A stretch of DNA of 64,000 nt from Roseibacillus sp. (GCA_051251855.1 JBPOGI010000002.1:608001-672000); one strand, 5' to 3'; counted from the stretch's first letter, positions 20,611 to 30,377 are shown. Numbers and translations: made by a program. Notes: generated by a model not told the origin, from the sequence alone.

Positions 20611-23493
20611 TTAGTTCTTGGGAGGGACGGTGACTTTGAGTGCTTTGAGAACCAGTTGGGAGAGTAAGCGATTGCCTTTCTCGTTCATGTGAACTTTGTC
20701 TCTGGTGAAGATGCCCTCGGTGGCCTGTTGAGGATTCTGATTTTTGAGTTGGTTGAGGAATGATTTCCGCAGGTCGAGGAGTTGGGAATTGGTTTCGCGG
20801 GCGACTTTCCGGCTGATGTCGGCGTATTGGTCGAGCATTTCATCGTCAGGGTTTGAACCATCGGATTTCTCGCCGATGACGGTGGGGGTGCAGAGGATGA
20901 CGCGAGCCCCAGCCTTGTTGATTTGGGCGATCATGTCTTTGAGGCCGTTTTCGAAATTTTTCGGAGTGGTTCCCTTTCTTCCGCGGGCCACGACCTTGGG
21001 ATGAGTCCAATGCCAGACGTCGTTGATGCCGATATAGATGAAGACGATGGTGGGTTTTTTCTGGAGAACGTCTTTGTCGAGGCGTCGCTGACAGTCCGGA
21101 ACTTTATGCCCACCGACGCCGGCTCCGATGAGTTCGATATTGAGGTCGGGGTGAGCTTTGGCAATGGCTTGGGAAGAGATAGCGATATAGCCACCTTCGC
21201 GGGGACCCTCGGCGGTGATGGAGTCTCCGAGGAAGATGATTCGATCGTTTTTTTGCAGTGTCCCTTTGTTAGGGTTGAATGTCTGATTGCTAATTCGCTT
21301 GTCGGCGCCGGTGGTTTTTCTGTTGTTGTTAGTTTCGAAGTTGTTGCGGAAGGAGTCGAGGGATTGGTCGTAGTCGATGTCGGGAACGATCCAGAGGTTA
21401 CGGAAGGAAACACCGGTGCCTTTATGGTCTTGGATCATGAGGGGACGTTTGCCGTGTTTTTGATAAGGCTTCCCAACTTCACCATAGGTCCAGGCGTCGT
21501 TGTGAATGAGGATGCCGTTGTGATACATGGTGACCCGGAGGGGTTCTTTGAGACTGCCATCGTCGTGAAACTCGGGGGCCTTGTAGAGGATGTCGTAGGA
21601 CTGCCATTCGCCGGGTTTCCGACAGGCATTGGCTTGGGGGGGATGTTGACCGTAGATTGAGCCGCAGTGGCCATCGGCAAAGGTGGGGTTTTGGTAGCTG
21701 TTGACGACTTGAAGTTCGTAGCCGGACTGGAGGAAGACGCCGGTGTTGCCGTAGAGTTGTCCGGTCCACTGGGGGTCGTTAGAGGGGTCGAACCGGAATT
21801 CCAGATGAAGACGAGCGGAGCCGTAGGATTGTTTGGTGGCGTTGTTTCCCTTGCTGCGCGGCACTACGCCATCGTCATCGAATTTCCAGTTGGGGTTGGT
21901 CCATTGGGAGGCATCAAGGAGGGTGGCATTGGCGGGCATGGGGACGGCGCAATCTTTTTCCGGAAGAGGAGTGACCACGGGTGGGAGGGGGCGGGTCTTG
22001 TCGTTGCGAACCCAACCGGAGCCGACGAGCTGAATAGCGTGAGCTTTCTTTTCGCGCGCCTCTTTCGCGGGGAGAAGTTTGTTGGCGGTGTAGTAGATGG
22101 TGTCAAAATCGAGGGGCTGGGAGTCACCGTTTTGTTGCTCGGGGAATTGGATGGCATAGACTTTTCCGGCAGTGAGTGGGACGTCAAAGGTGACGGTCTT
22201 CCCATCCTCCGAGAGTTGGTAGTTGGTGACGGGGATTTCTTTTTCATCCACCATGGGGGAGCCGTAGGTGCTGTAGTAGTGGTAGTGATAATTCCTGACC
22301 TTGGGGGTGACTTCCTGCCCGAGCGGTTGGGTGAAAGTGACGGAGAATCCGGTCTTGGTGAGCTGGGTGGAGTGGATCGCAAAGGGGGTAGTTTTGCCAT
22401 CCCACTCCGCATACTGGAGGGCGGTGCGCTTACCACCGGCGCTGAACCAACCGCGCCCGACTTGAGCGGACCAGAGGCGGCCTTGTTGGTCGAACGAGAG
22501 TTTTACGCCGCCGGAACTGGTGCCGCGAAGGAAGTCGACGCACCAGCCTTGCAGGTCGCCATCTACTTTTTGAAGGCCGCAGCGGAAGTAGTTCGATTGG
22601 CGCTGGTCGGTGAGGAAGATTTGATTTTGAAAGGGGCCGAATTTTCCTCCGGTGGTATCCCAAACGGGGCTGCCGGGTGAGTTGGCAATGGCTTCGCGAG
22701 GGAACCAGATGGCGGGAGGGGTGCGGAGCTTGTCGAAGTCGGCTGCTTTCAGGGAAAGGACTCTTTCTTTCGTGAAATCAGGGCGCGCTGGAAGGGAGGC
22801 AGGGTGTCCGTAGAAGTTGCCCTCGCGGACGTGGAAGAGACAGCAGTCGGCCACCCAATCACCTTGGTTGTCGGTGATGAAAAGTTGGTCGTCGGGGCTC
22901 ATGCCGATGCCACAGGGGGACCGGAATCCAGAGGCGAAGGGTTGGAAGTGGCCACGGCGATCGGAGCGGTAGACCCAGCCGCGCCAAGGGGCGGTGTAGG
23001 CCATGTTACCTCCGCCTTTCCCTTTTTCTTTACCATCGGGAACGATGAAGTCGCCACGGGCCGCGAGGTTGAGAGAGGCATACTTGCGCCCGAGCGAATC
23101 GACGACGGGACCATAGTGATACTCATGGTATTCCCCGGAGATTCCGAAGGCATCAGTGATGCATTCGTAGCGATCGCAGATGCCGTCCTTGTTGCTGTCA
23201 ATGAGGCGGGTGAGTTCGGGTTTCTGCGCGACGTAGTAGGCTTCTTCTTTGGGGTCAAAGTAGATGCCGTTGGGTTCCATGAGGTTCTCCGCGAACTTGC
23301 TCCAGGTCTTGTTTTGATATTCCCAGACTTCGCCTTCCCAAGAGACGACGGCGAGGGTGCCATCAGGCTTGTGGCAAAGGCCAAGCACGGTGACGGCTCC
23401 TTTGGGAAGGGGAACGGTGGTGAGTTGATAGCCTGCGGGAATTTGGGCGGTGAGGACGCTCGCGAGAGCGAAGAACAGAAAAAGGAATTTCAT
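20611..23493 (-). CDS. Secreted fusion: dehydrogenase-like beta-propeller + DUF1080 (3-keto-disaccharide hydrolase) + SGNH/GDSL hydrolase
   Basis: YHEYHYGP, SGFRSPCG and TDNQGDW (propeller); LHLEFR..GNTGVF..YELQV..GSIY..WQSYDI..QDH..VSFRNLW (DUF1080); FLGDSIT, GVGG, GIND and DKVH (SGNH). Confidence 0.85.
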   Translation of the reverse strand: MKFLFLFFALASVLTAQIPAGYQLTTVPLPKGAVTVLGLCHKPDGTLAVVSWEGEVWEYQNKTWSKFAENLMEPNGIYFDPKEEAYYVAQKPELTRLIDSNKDGICDRYECITDAFGISGEYHEYHYGPVVDSLGRKYASLNLAARGDFIVPDGKEKGKGGGNMAYTAPWRGWVYRSDRRGHFQPFASGFRSPCGIGMSPDDQLFITDNQGDWVADCCLFHVREGNFYGHPASLPARPDFTKERVLSLKAADFDKLRTPPAIWFPREAIANSPGSPVWDTTGGKFGPFQNQIFLTDQRQSNYFRCGLQKVDGDLQGWCVDFLRGTSSGGVKLSFDQQGRLWSAQVGRGWFSAGGKRTALQYAEWDGKTTPFAIHSTQLTKTGFSVTFTQPLGQEVTPKVRNYHYHYYSTYGSPMVDEKEIPVTNYQLSEDGKTVTFDVPLTAGKVYAIQFPEQQNGDSQPLDFDTIYYTANKLLPAKEAREKKAHAIQLVGSGWVRNDKTRPLPPVVTPLPEKDCAVPMPANATLLDASQWTNPNWKFDDDGVVPRSKGNNATKQSYGSARLHLEFRFDPSNDPQWTGQLYGNTGVFLQSGYELQVVNSYQNPTFADGHCGSIYGQHPPQANACRKPGEWQSYDILYKAPEFHDDGSLKEPLRVTMYHNGILIHNDAWTYGEVGKPYQKHGKRPLMIQDHKGTGVSFRNLWIVPDIDYDQSLDSFRNNFETNNNRKTTGADKRISNQTFNPNKGTLQKNDRIIFLGDSITAEGPREGGYIAISSQAIAKAHPDLNIELIGAGVGGHKVPDCQRRLDKDVLQKKPTIVFIYIGINDVWHWTHPKVVARGRKGTTPKNFENGLKDMIAQINKAGARVILCTPTVIGEKSDGSNPDDEMLDQYADISRKVARETNSQLLDLRKSFLNQLKNQNPQQATEGIFTRDKVHMNEKGNRLLSQLVLKALKVTVPPKN

Positions 23494-23505
23494 GGAGAGA
23501 GAAGA

Positions 23506-24612
23506 TTAGTTGGCGGAAATGGTGAAGGCAGATTCGCCATCAGGTGCGATGGTGACGGTCATCGGCTTGCCATCGACGAGGGAGTGAATGAGGGCGGATT
23601 TCCCCTTGGATTCGTAGGCGATGAACTGGGTGTTCGGGGACTTGAAAAGGGGGCGGGCACTTGCGGGGATTTCGGTGCCATTGATTTCGGAAGGCTTTTG
23701 GCTGCGATCCGGAAGGGAAGGGGTTTGGTTGATCTCGGCAGAGTGCCAGGCATTGAGGACGGAGCCGTCGACCGGGTTGTAGGCGACAATGACTTTGTTC
23801 GGCAGCAGGCAAAGAAGAGCGCGTGGAGGTAGTTCTCTGATCCACTTGCGGACGATCTTGGCTTCGGGGCCTGCGGCGATCACTTTAGGGATGTTTCCTT
23901 GCAGGCTTCGTCCGGTGAGGGGGAAACTGATTCCTCCGGGTCCATTCAAGGTGGCGTGGAATCGGTAAGAGTGACTCTTCGGCTCATTGTGAAGAATTTC
24001 GAAGGAATAGACGCCGGGATCGAGATCGAGGGTTTGGTTGAGCTCCTGATCTTTGGCGTCCGAGTAGTGAACTTCCTTCCCCTCAAAATAGACCGCGGTG
24101 CGGCCGAGACGGCGGATGCTAAAGTGATAGGAACCGGCTTTGCGGATGTGGACCTTGGCCGTGACTCGAATGACTCCGATGGCATTTCGCTTCATATAAA
24201 TCCAGTTTTCCGGAAGGTGAGTCTGGGAAGTGGATTCGACGGTTGTGAAGAGCTCTGGGGCGAGGCGTTTTCCAGCGAAAAATTTAGGAGGGTAGATGGA
24301 GCGCACCATTTCACGAACTCCTTCCTGCTTCGAGAGCAGGAAATCACGTAGCGACAGGCGGTCAGCTTCGGGGAAGACGTCCTTGTATCCGATCATTTCC
24401 GACCCTTCGACGCCATGGTTGATGACGTCAAGAATGGCCTCTGGCGACGAGCCATGATGCCAGTAAGCGTCTGTGAGTGAGGGGCCAATGCCTCCTTCAA
24501 GATGGGGGCCGTGGCAGGTGAAACAAAGCTGGTTGTAGATGACCTCTCCCCGAGCGGGATCGGCCTGGGTCAGGCTTGTTGAGAGAAGGAGTGGGGCGAG
24601 GAGCCATTTCAT
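23506..24612 (-). CDS. Secreted cytochrome c (cbb3-CcoP-like) with PA14-like beta domain
   Basis: CFTCHG..LEGGIGPSLTD.YW.HG, M ligand; signal peptide MKWLLAPLLL. Confidence 0.8.
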   Translation of the reverse strand: MKWLLAPLLLSTSLTQADPARGEVIYNQLCFTCHGPHLEGGIGPSLTDAYWHHGSSPEAILDVINHGVEGSEMIGYKDVFPEADRLSLRDFLLSKQEGVREMVRSIYPPKFFAGKRLAPELFTTVESTSQTHLPENWIYMKRNAIGVIRVTAKVHIRKAGSYHFSIRRLGRTAVYFEGKEVHYSDAKDQELNQTLDLDPGVYSFEILHNEPKSHSYRFHATLNGPGGISFPLTGRSLQGNIPKVIAAGPEAKIVRKWIRELPPRALLCLLPNKVIVAYNPVDGSVLNAWHSAEINQTPSLPDRSQKPSEINGTEIPASARPLFKSPNTQFIAYESKGKSALIHSLVDGKPMTVTIAPDGESAFTISAN

Positions 24613-24690
24613 GAGAATAACTCTACGCAGGGAGGTCGGTAAGAATATCTTCATTTTAGGGGAGAGATGAGGGCTGAGCTGATTTAGCCG

Positions 24691-27405
24691 CTAAATCTGG
24701 TTGGAGAGGACGTTTGTTAGGAAGTTTTCTTTGCGAACTTCCCATTCGGCGAGGCTGAGTGGAAGGAGGCTGAGTCCGGCTCGTTTGAGGAGGAGGGTCT
24801 TCTCGATAGAGACGACGTTACCGAGGCTGTCGGGAGTTCCGACAAGGTCGATGCCCAGCAGCCTCTCTTCTTTCTTGAAGAGGAGATCGACTTGCATTCC
24901 GGCGACTTCGATTTCGGATTCGATCAGGTTCCAGCCAGCGGATTCGAAGCGAGGAAGGAGGTCGTTGGGGAGGTGGGGAGGTTGGGTTCTCTTTCTTGTT
25001 CTTTTCTCGTCGGTGGCATGGAGGAGGTAGGCGCAAAGGAGAGAGTCGACCGGAAGCTCACCTGCGGTGAGGGAAGTGAAGAGTTGAATCTGGTGGCGGG
25101 CTCGAGTGATGGAGACGTTGAAGACATCGGGCCGCTCTAAAAAACGACGGGCGGCGGAGGGGCTTTGAGCATCGATGGCAAGAGAGATGAACATGGTGTC
25201 GCGTTCCGCGCCTTGGAAGGAATGGGCGGTGCCGGCGATGAGGTGGTGGTCATGCAGAAGACGTTGCTGTTGGGTGGGGGTGAGCTCTTCTTGCAGTCGC
25301 TTTTGGAAGGAGTCGACTTGAGCGCGGAAGGGAGAAAGAAAACCGACCGAGAGGGGGCTCTGCCCGTCACATTGGACGAGGAGATTGCGAAGGCTTTCCA
25401 AGACCGCGGTGATTTCCAATTCGTTTATGCCTTCCTTGTCTCGAGTGCCGGAAATGTGGTTGGTGATGAGGGCGGGTTCGCTTCTTGTTTGGCTAAGAGT
25501 TTCCACTTCGCGCATGCAGTGGAGATTGCCGTGGTAGAAGTGTTGGTTAGAAAAGGAGATGAGCTGGGGAAGAGAGCGAAAGTGTTCGTCGAGAAAGGTG
25601 AGGGCCGGGGAGCCGGAGGTGATTGATATGGCTCGGTCGAGAAAAGAGACTTTACGAAAGTCGTATTGTTCGCGAGTGGTCGCGGAGAGGGCATGTTTTT
25701 GACCCAAGTTATCGAGTCGATCTTTGGAGAGGAAGGAGAGGTGGCGAAGTTGTTGGGGGTCACCGGTGATGAAGGCACGGTTGCCGCGATAGAGAATGGG
25801 GAGGGCGGAGGCGAGGTCGCATTGGGTGGCTTCGTCGATGATCACGACGTCAAAGACCGCAGGCTTGAGAGGGAGCACGCGATGAATATCGTCCGTGGTG
25901 GTGACCCAGATGGGGAGGTAGTTGACGAGCGCTCGGAGGTCGAGGTCGAGAAGTTCGCGCTCTTGTGAGGCGGGGATTCGTCTGCCAATGGCTTCGCGAT
26001 AGCGCTTGAGAGTGTCGCGCGAGTGGAGGTTTTTGAGATGTTTGTGCAGGTGCTGCTGATGGGTCTGAGCATTGAAGGCGTCGAGGAGCTTCAGGCGATT
26101 GCCCTGCGTCGCGATGATGTCGGTGACGAGTTTTGAGAGAAGGGGGGCGTTTTTGAGGGATTGGTGGTGATTCCAGCGGCGGACTTTTTGCCAAAGTCCA
26201 GTGGGAGGGATTTGGAAAAGGGAAGCTGCTTTGAATTCCTTTGAGAGGCGTTTTGAGAGCTTGTGGCGAAGACGGGCGAGTTCCTTGTTGGGGCCACGAA
26301 GACTGATTTTGGGCAAGCCTGGTGGAGCTGTTTGGGTTGGGTTGGTGGCAAGGAGTTGGTCGAGGAGGCTTTTGAGTTTTCGGAGATGCTTTTTGCGGCC
26401 GGCTCGAATGACGAGTTGGCTGCGTGGAATGAACTCGGAGATTTTCGACTCGATGACGGCAGCGGCTTCTTCAGAGCGGCAGGCGATGAGGACGGAGTGT
26501 CCGCGTGCGACTTGGTCCAAGGCGGTGGCGGAGATGGTGAAGGATTTTCCAGTGCCGGGAGGGCCGTGACAGACGGTGAGGGGTTGGGAGTTGGCCGACT
26601 TGAGCAGTTGGCGTTGAGCGGGACTGAGAAAGGCGGGGGCAAAGTCTTCCTCTGAGACGGGTTTGGAGTCGGGAGCTTCTAAGATGGGTTGACCCAAGAG
26701 GGCGCGCATCGCTGGGGGGAATTTTTCTACCGGTTGGGTGAGGAGTTCTTCGAGTTCGTGAAGAAGACCTGCCACGTTCTTGGACTTCTCTGCTAAGATG
26801 ATGGCTGAGGCTGGGAGGAGAGCGGGGCCCTTTTTCGCCTGACTGGAGGAGATGTCGGTGGAGCTAAGAAGTTGGGGAAAGGCATCAAAAGGAGAGAGGT
26901 CGAGCCCAGGAATGTGCTGGGCTAGGTCTTTGGCGATGAGGCCGGGGGTTGCGAGGTTGAGTTCGCCGGTAGGAATGAGAGAGAGGATCTCGTTTTCAAA
27001 AGAAGGAGGGAGATCGAAGAGATTGCTTAGAGCTGGATTGAGGCTTACTCGGGTGTAATCGATGCGAAGCTCGGGCTCTTTTTCATTCCCCTCAATTTCG
27101 ATGGGGTAGAGCAAGACGGGGGTGTGGATGGCCTTGTCTTGGTAGCGCGAGGCGATGACGATGGTGCTGTAAAAAAGCTCGGTGTCGCGCTGGAGGAGTC
27201 CTGCGGTGGTGGCGAGGACGGAGAGGTCGGATGGGGGAAGGTCGATAGATCCAAACTCGCTAAAGAGAGCTTTTTCTTCCCCTTTGATGATGCGGCGGGT
27301 GCGGATTTTGGAGGCGAAAAGAGAGGGGATACCAGAGCGAGCGCGTTCCTCGGCGAGGCAATCGCGAAGGTAGGCGAGAAGAGCTTTGGGGTCGGGTGCG
27401 TCGAT
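24691..27405 (-). CDS. SF1 (Upf1/DNA2/NAM7-like) helicase with C-terminal restriction-endonuclease-like domain; start uncertain (ATC 27405 proposed, ORF track gives TTG 27114)
   Basis: HGPPGTGKS, IIDEATQ, GDPQQL, EHFRS, SPFRAQ, HSFQGAERD and FNVSITRAR motifs; frame stays open and protein-like upstream to the TAA at 27417-27415. Confidence 0.85.
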   Translation of the reverse strand: MDAPDPKALLAYLRDCLAEERARSGIPSLFASKIRTRRIIKGEEKALFSEFGSIDLPPSDLSVLATTAGLLQRDTELFYSTIVIASRYQDKAIHTPVLLYPIEIEGNEKEPELRIDYTRVSLNPALSNLFDLPPSFENEILSLIPTGELNLATPGLIAKDLAQHIPGLDLSPFDAFPQLLSSTDISSSQAKKGPALLPASAIILAEKSKNVAGLLHELEELLTQPVEKFPPAMRALLGQPILEAPDSKPVSEEDFAPAFLSPAQRQLLKSANSQPLTVCHGPPGTGKSFTISATALDQVARGHSVLIACRSEEAAAVIESKISEFIPRSQLVIRAGRKKHLRKLKSLLDQLLATNPTQTAPPGLPKISLRGPNKELARLRHKLSKRLSKEFKAASLFQIPPTGLWQKVRRWNHHQSLKNAPLLSKLVTDIIATQGNRLKLLDAFNAQTHQQHLHKHLKNLHSRDTLKRYREAIGRRIPASQERELLDLDLRALVNYLPIWVTTTDDIHRVLPLKPAVFDVVIIDEATQCDLASALPILYRGNRAFITGDPQQLRHLSFLSKDRLDNLGQKHALSATTREQYDFRKVSFLDRAISITSGSPALTFLDEHFRSLPQLISFSNQHFYHGNLHCMREVETLSQTRSEPALITNHISGTRDKEGINELEITAVLESLRNLLVQCDGQSPLSVGFLSPFRAQVDSFQKRLQEELTPTQQQRLLHDHHLIAGTAHSFQGAERDTMFISLAIDAQSPSAARRFLERPDVFNVSITRARHQIQLFTSLTAGELPVDSLLCAYLLHATDEKRTRKRTQPPHLPNDLLPRFESAGWNLIESEIEVAGMQVDLLFKKEERLLGIDLVGTPDSLGNVVSIEKTLLLKRAGLSLLPLSLAEWEVRKENFLTNVLSNQI

Positions 27406-27452
27406 GGGTGCCTTTTAGCTTTTGGGAGGGATTCGGGAAATGAGGAAATCGT

Positions 27453-28094
27453 TCATTTCTCCCCTGTAGCGATCTGGCGGAAGGTGAGGTTGACCCTGGG
27501 GGTGGTGACCTTCTTTGTTTTTGGGATTTGATGGTGCCAGTGAGTCTGGGTTGCGCCGGCCATGATGAGGAGGCTGCCGTGTTCGAGGAAGACGGAGGCT
27601 TTTTCGCGGCTTTGTTTGTGACGGAAGTCAAAGCGGCGTTCGGCTCCGAAGCTGACGGAGGCGATGTTGGCGTCGGGGTTCAGTTCTTTTTCGTCGTCGC
27701 TGTGCCATCCCATTCCTTGGTCGCCATCGGCATAGAGATTGAGGAGGCAGGAGTTGTAGCGGGAGCCTGAAGCTTCTTCGACGGCGTTCTTGATGGTGAG
27801 CAAGTCTGGAGTCCAGATTTTGGCGGTGTGGGTGTTGCCGGAATAGCGGTAGTCGAAGTCGCGGTCGCCATACCAAGCCATCTGGCGGGCGGTGATGATG
27901 CGCTTGCCAAATATCACGGTTTCGTCGTGTTGCCAAGGGATGCTGGTGAGGAGGGTTTGAAGGTGGGAGTCGGCGGCTTCTATGGGGAAAATGACTCCGT
28001 GATAGGTGGTTTCGCCGTCTTTGGGGAGGACTGGGTACGGTGGAGTGTTCTCAGGGGAGTCGAGGTCGAGTTGGAATTGGTCTGAATTGCTCAT
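27453..28094 (-). CDS. AlkB-family 2OG-Fe(II) dioxygenase (ALKBH2/3-like)
   Basis: NSCLLNLY.DG, MGWHSDDE, IASVSFG, HQIPK and RVNLTFR motifs; ATG at 28094. Confidence 0.92.
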   Translation of the reverse strand: MSNSDQFQLDLDSPENTPPYPVLPKDGETTYHGVIFPIEAADSHLQTLLTSIPWQHDETVIFGKRIITARQMAWYGDRDFDYRYSGNTHTAKIWTPDLLTIKNAVEEASGSRYNSCLLNLYADGDQGMGWHSDDEKELNPDANIASVSFGAERRFDFRHKQSREKASVFLEHGSLLIMAGATQTHWHHQIPKTKKVTTPRVNLTFRQIATGEK

Positions 28095-28109
28095 TGGTTC
28101 GTGGCAGCA

Positions 28110-28139
28110 GGGCCGGTCAAAGACCGGCGCTCCCAGTGG
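28110..28139 (-). repeat. REP-like palindrome GGAGC-GCCGGTC-TTT-GACCGGC
   Basis: Perfect 7-bp hairpin with GGAG foot; 29/30 identical to 63547-63576. Confidence 0.75.
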
Positions 28140-28147
28140 TCGGTTCT

Positions 28148-28810
28148 CTACTCGTCTTGGTAGATGGTAGGGTCTGTTAGTTGCGCGAGGGCGAAGGCTT
28201 CTTTGCGTTCGACGCAGGTTCCGCATTTTCCGCAGTGGGTTTCGCCGCCTTTGTAACAGGACCAGGTGTGGGTGTAGTCGACGGCGAGTTCGGCGCCGCG
28301 TTGGGCGATGTCTTCTTTGCGGATATCGACAAAAGGGCGGAGGACGGTGACGTCGGCGTAGGTGCCTGCGGAAATGGCTTGCGACATGGGAGCGAGGAAG
28401 TCTTCGCGGCAATCGGGGTAGATGGCGTGGTCTCCGGAATGCGCGGCAATGACGAGTCCTTCGGCACCGACGCTTTCGGCAAAGCCGGCCGCGACAGAGA
28501 GGAGGATGCCGTTGCGGAAGGGGACGACGGTGCTTTTCATATTTTCTTCTTCGTAGTGGCCTTCGGGGATGTCGCCACCGGATTTGAGAAGGTCGCTTTG
28601 GAAGAGGTCATCCATGAAGGTGAGGTCGGCGCGCTGGAAGGGAACGCCTGCTTTCTCGGCCTGCCATTGGGCCATGGGGAGTTCCTTGGCGTTGTGCTTG
28701 GAGGCGTAGTCGATGCCGAGGCAGGCGACCACTTCGTGGCCTTCGGCGAGAGTGTGCCAGAGAGCGACGGTGGAATCCATGCCTCCAGAGAGAAGGATGA
28801 TTGTTTTCAT
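28148..28810 (-). CDS. queC: 7-cyano-7-deazaguanine synthase
   Basis: LSGGMDST, TVVPFRN, YPDCR and TWSCY..CGKCGTCVER Zn motif. Confidence 0.96.
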   Translation of the reverse strand: MKTIILLSGGMDSTVALWHTLAEGHEVVACLGIDYASKHNAKELPMAQWQAEKAGVPFQRADLTFMDDLFQSDLLKSGGDIPEGHYEEENMKSTVVPFRNGILLSVAAGFAESVGAEGLVIAAHSGDHAIYPDCREDFLAPMSQAISAGTYADVTVLRPFVDIRKEDIAQRGAELAVDYTHTWSCYKGGETHCGKCGTCVERKEAFALAQLTDPTIYQDE

Positions 28811-28853
28811 GGGCCTAATTTGCGGCTCTGAGGGGCGTTTGCAAGTGTGGGTT

Positions 28854-30287
28854 TTATTCCACGACTGCTTCGAGGCGGAGGAAGCCTTTGTTGGGAGTAT
28901 GGGGGATTTGAGCGCGGAAAAGGCCGTCGCTTTCGATGGGTGGGAGAGGGAGGGCTTGGAAAGGAGTGGAGAGGTCGGTGGTGGTCATGGGGAGAAGGGT
29001 GACGTGGGTTGAGCTGGGGAGTCGCTGGGGGTAGGCGAGGGTGAGGTGGGGTTGGCCGTTGTGCGGCTCGGTGGAGCAGCGGACTTTGTGGGAGTCTTTA
29101 AGGAGAGGATTGAGTCCGAGAGCGAATTCTAGGGCGGCGGGGAATCCATCTTGGTCGCTATCGTCTTGTTCGGAAAGGGAGGGGAGAGTGTAGCTGCTAG
29201 CCCACGTGGGGAAGTCCATGTCGACTTGGGAAGAAGTTCTTCCGAGAAGGTTCGTGAGAATTTCGGTCGCGGTAAGGGCTGGGATGCCGGCGTCGTAGTG
29301 TTCGTTGAAGGCGCAGACGATCTCATTGGCGATGAGGGCTTGGCCGGAGGTGTTGGGGTGAAAGTTGGTGGAGTAGGGACCATTGAGCCAGACGAAGTCG
29401 AGGTCTCCGGTGGTGGAACCGATGTTGCTGAAAGGAATTCCGTAGACCGAGAGTGGGTCATTTGAAAGCATGGGTAAGGTGGCGGAAAAGATGTCGGCGT
29501 ATCCTACATTTCGTGAGCGGGCGAGTTGGGCGAGTTCACTCATGAGCAGGCGAAGAAAGTTGGTGGCGCGGGTGGTCTTGACGGGGTCGGTGGGGCGTTC
29601 GCTTTTCACCATGGGGGTGATGCCGACATGAGGGACATTGACGAGAACAATAGGGAGGTTGGGGTTGAGCTCGAGAACGCGGTCGAGGATGACGGTGGCG
29701 TCGTCGAGGTAGTCGGCGATGAAGGTGCCGGGGTCGCCGCCATCGTAGACGGTGCCGTAAATGGAATCGATGTCGTTGCCGCCGATAAAGAAGACGAGGC
29801 GGCCGGTGGAGTTGGTGATTTGGGTCTCGAGGTCTTCGATGGCGAAGTCGACGCTAGTGAGGGAGAAGAGAACGCTGAGGGGCCCGAAGTCGGGGCTCTC
29901 GGCGAGGAGCTCGAGGAAGCCGGCTTCGCTGGTCATGAATCGGCGTAGTTGATCGATTTTGAGACCGGGGATGGCCCAGTTCTTTTTTTGTCGGAGGTAG
30001 AGGTCGTAGTCGAAGAGGCCGAGGGGGATTTGGATGGATTGACGTTCTCCAAGGTCGAAGTGGTTGCTGCGCTCTTGGTCGAGGATTTCGGCCCAGTTTT
30101 TGACCTCGTTGGGGTCCATGCCGTCGCCGTAGGTGGGGCCGAAAGGGATGCTGAGCTCGAAGCCGAAGGAAGCTTCGTAGGCAAAGGTGAGGGAGTCGCC
30201 GAGGGTGATGAGTTCGGTGCCACCGAGAGGCTGGGCGGCAAGAACAAGAGACAGGGCGAGGGACTTCACTTCAGAGAAGGTAGGCAT
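28854..30287 (-). CDS. Secreted SGNH/GDSL hydrolase with C-terminal module
   Basis: LGDSLT, NWAIPG, IGGND and FHPN blocks; DSDQDG..EFALGLNP and GFLRLE C-terminus. Confidence 0.8.
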   Translation of the reverse strand: MPTFSEVKSLALSLVLAAQPLGGTELITLGDSLTFAYEASFGFELSIPFGPTYGDGMDPNEVKNWAEILDQERSNHFDLGERQSIQIPLGLFDYDLYLRQKKNWAIPGLKIDQLRRFMTSEAGFLELLAESPDFGPLSVLFSLTSVDFAIEDLETQITNSTGRLVFFIGGNDIDSIYGTVYDGGDPGTFIADYLDDATVILDRVLELNPNLPIVLVNVPHVGITPMVKSERPTDPVKTTRATNFLRLLMSELAQLARSRNVGYADIFSATLPMLSNDPLSVYGIPFSNIGSTTGDLDFVWLNGPYSTNFHPNTSGQALIANEIVCAFNEHYDAGIPALTATEILTNLLGRTSSQVDMDFPTWASSYTLPSLSEQDDSDQDGFPAALEFALGLNPLLKDSHKVRCSTEPHNGQPHLTLAYPQRLPSSTHVTLLPMTTTDLSTPFQALPLPPIESDGLFRAQIPHTPNKGFLRLEAVVE

Positions 30288-30377
30288 TGTCCCGTTATGA
30301 AGCAAGGGATGGGTTGTCCCCGTCAAAGGGAGCGCAGCTATGAGCCCGTTTCTAAGCGAGTGAAAAGCGGGCCGCGC

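Noticed and set aside
20923..23832. Long plus-strand ORFs (20923-21660, 21667-22680, 22804-23832)
   Set aside because: Antisense shadows of well-supported minus-strand genes, with no motifs; the same applies to 29949-31076 and 13477-14166
27453..28412. 319-aa ORF extending AlkB N-terminally
   Set aside because: The extension overlaps queC out of frame and crosses a REP; ATG 28094 gives a normal-length AlkB
28811..28853. preQ1 riboswitch upstream of queC
   Set aside because: The 43-bp gap lacks the preQ1 stem-loop and A-rich tail
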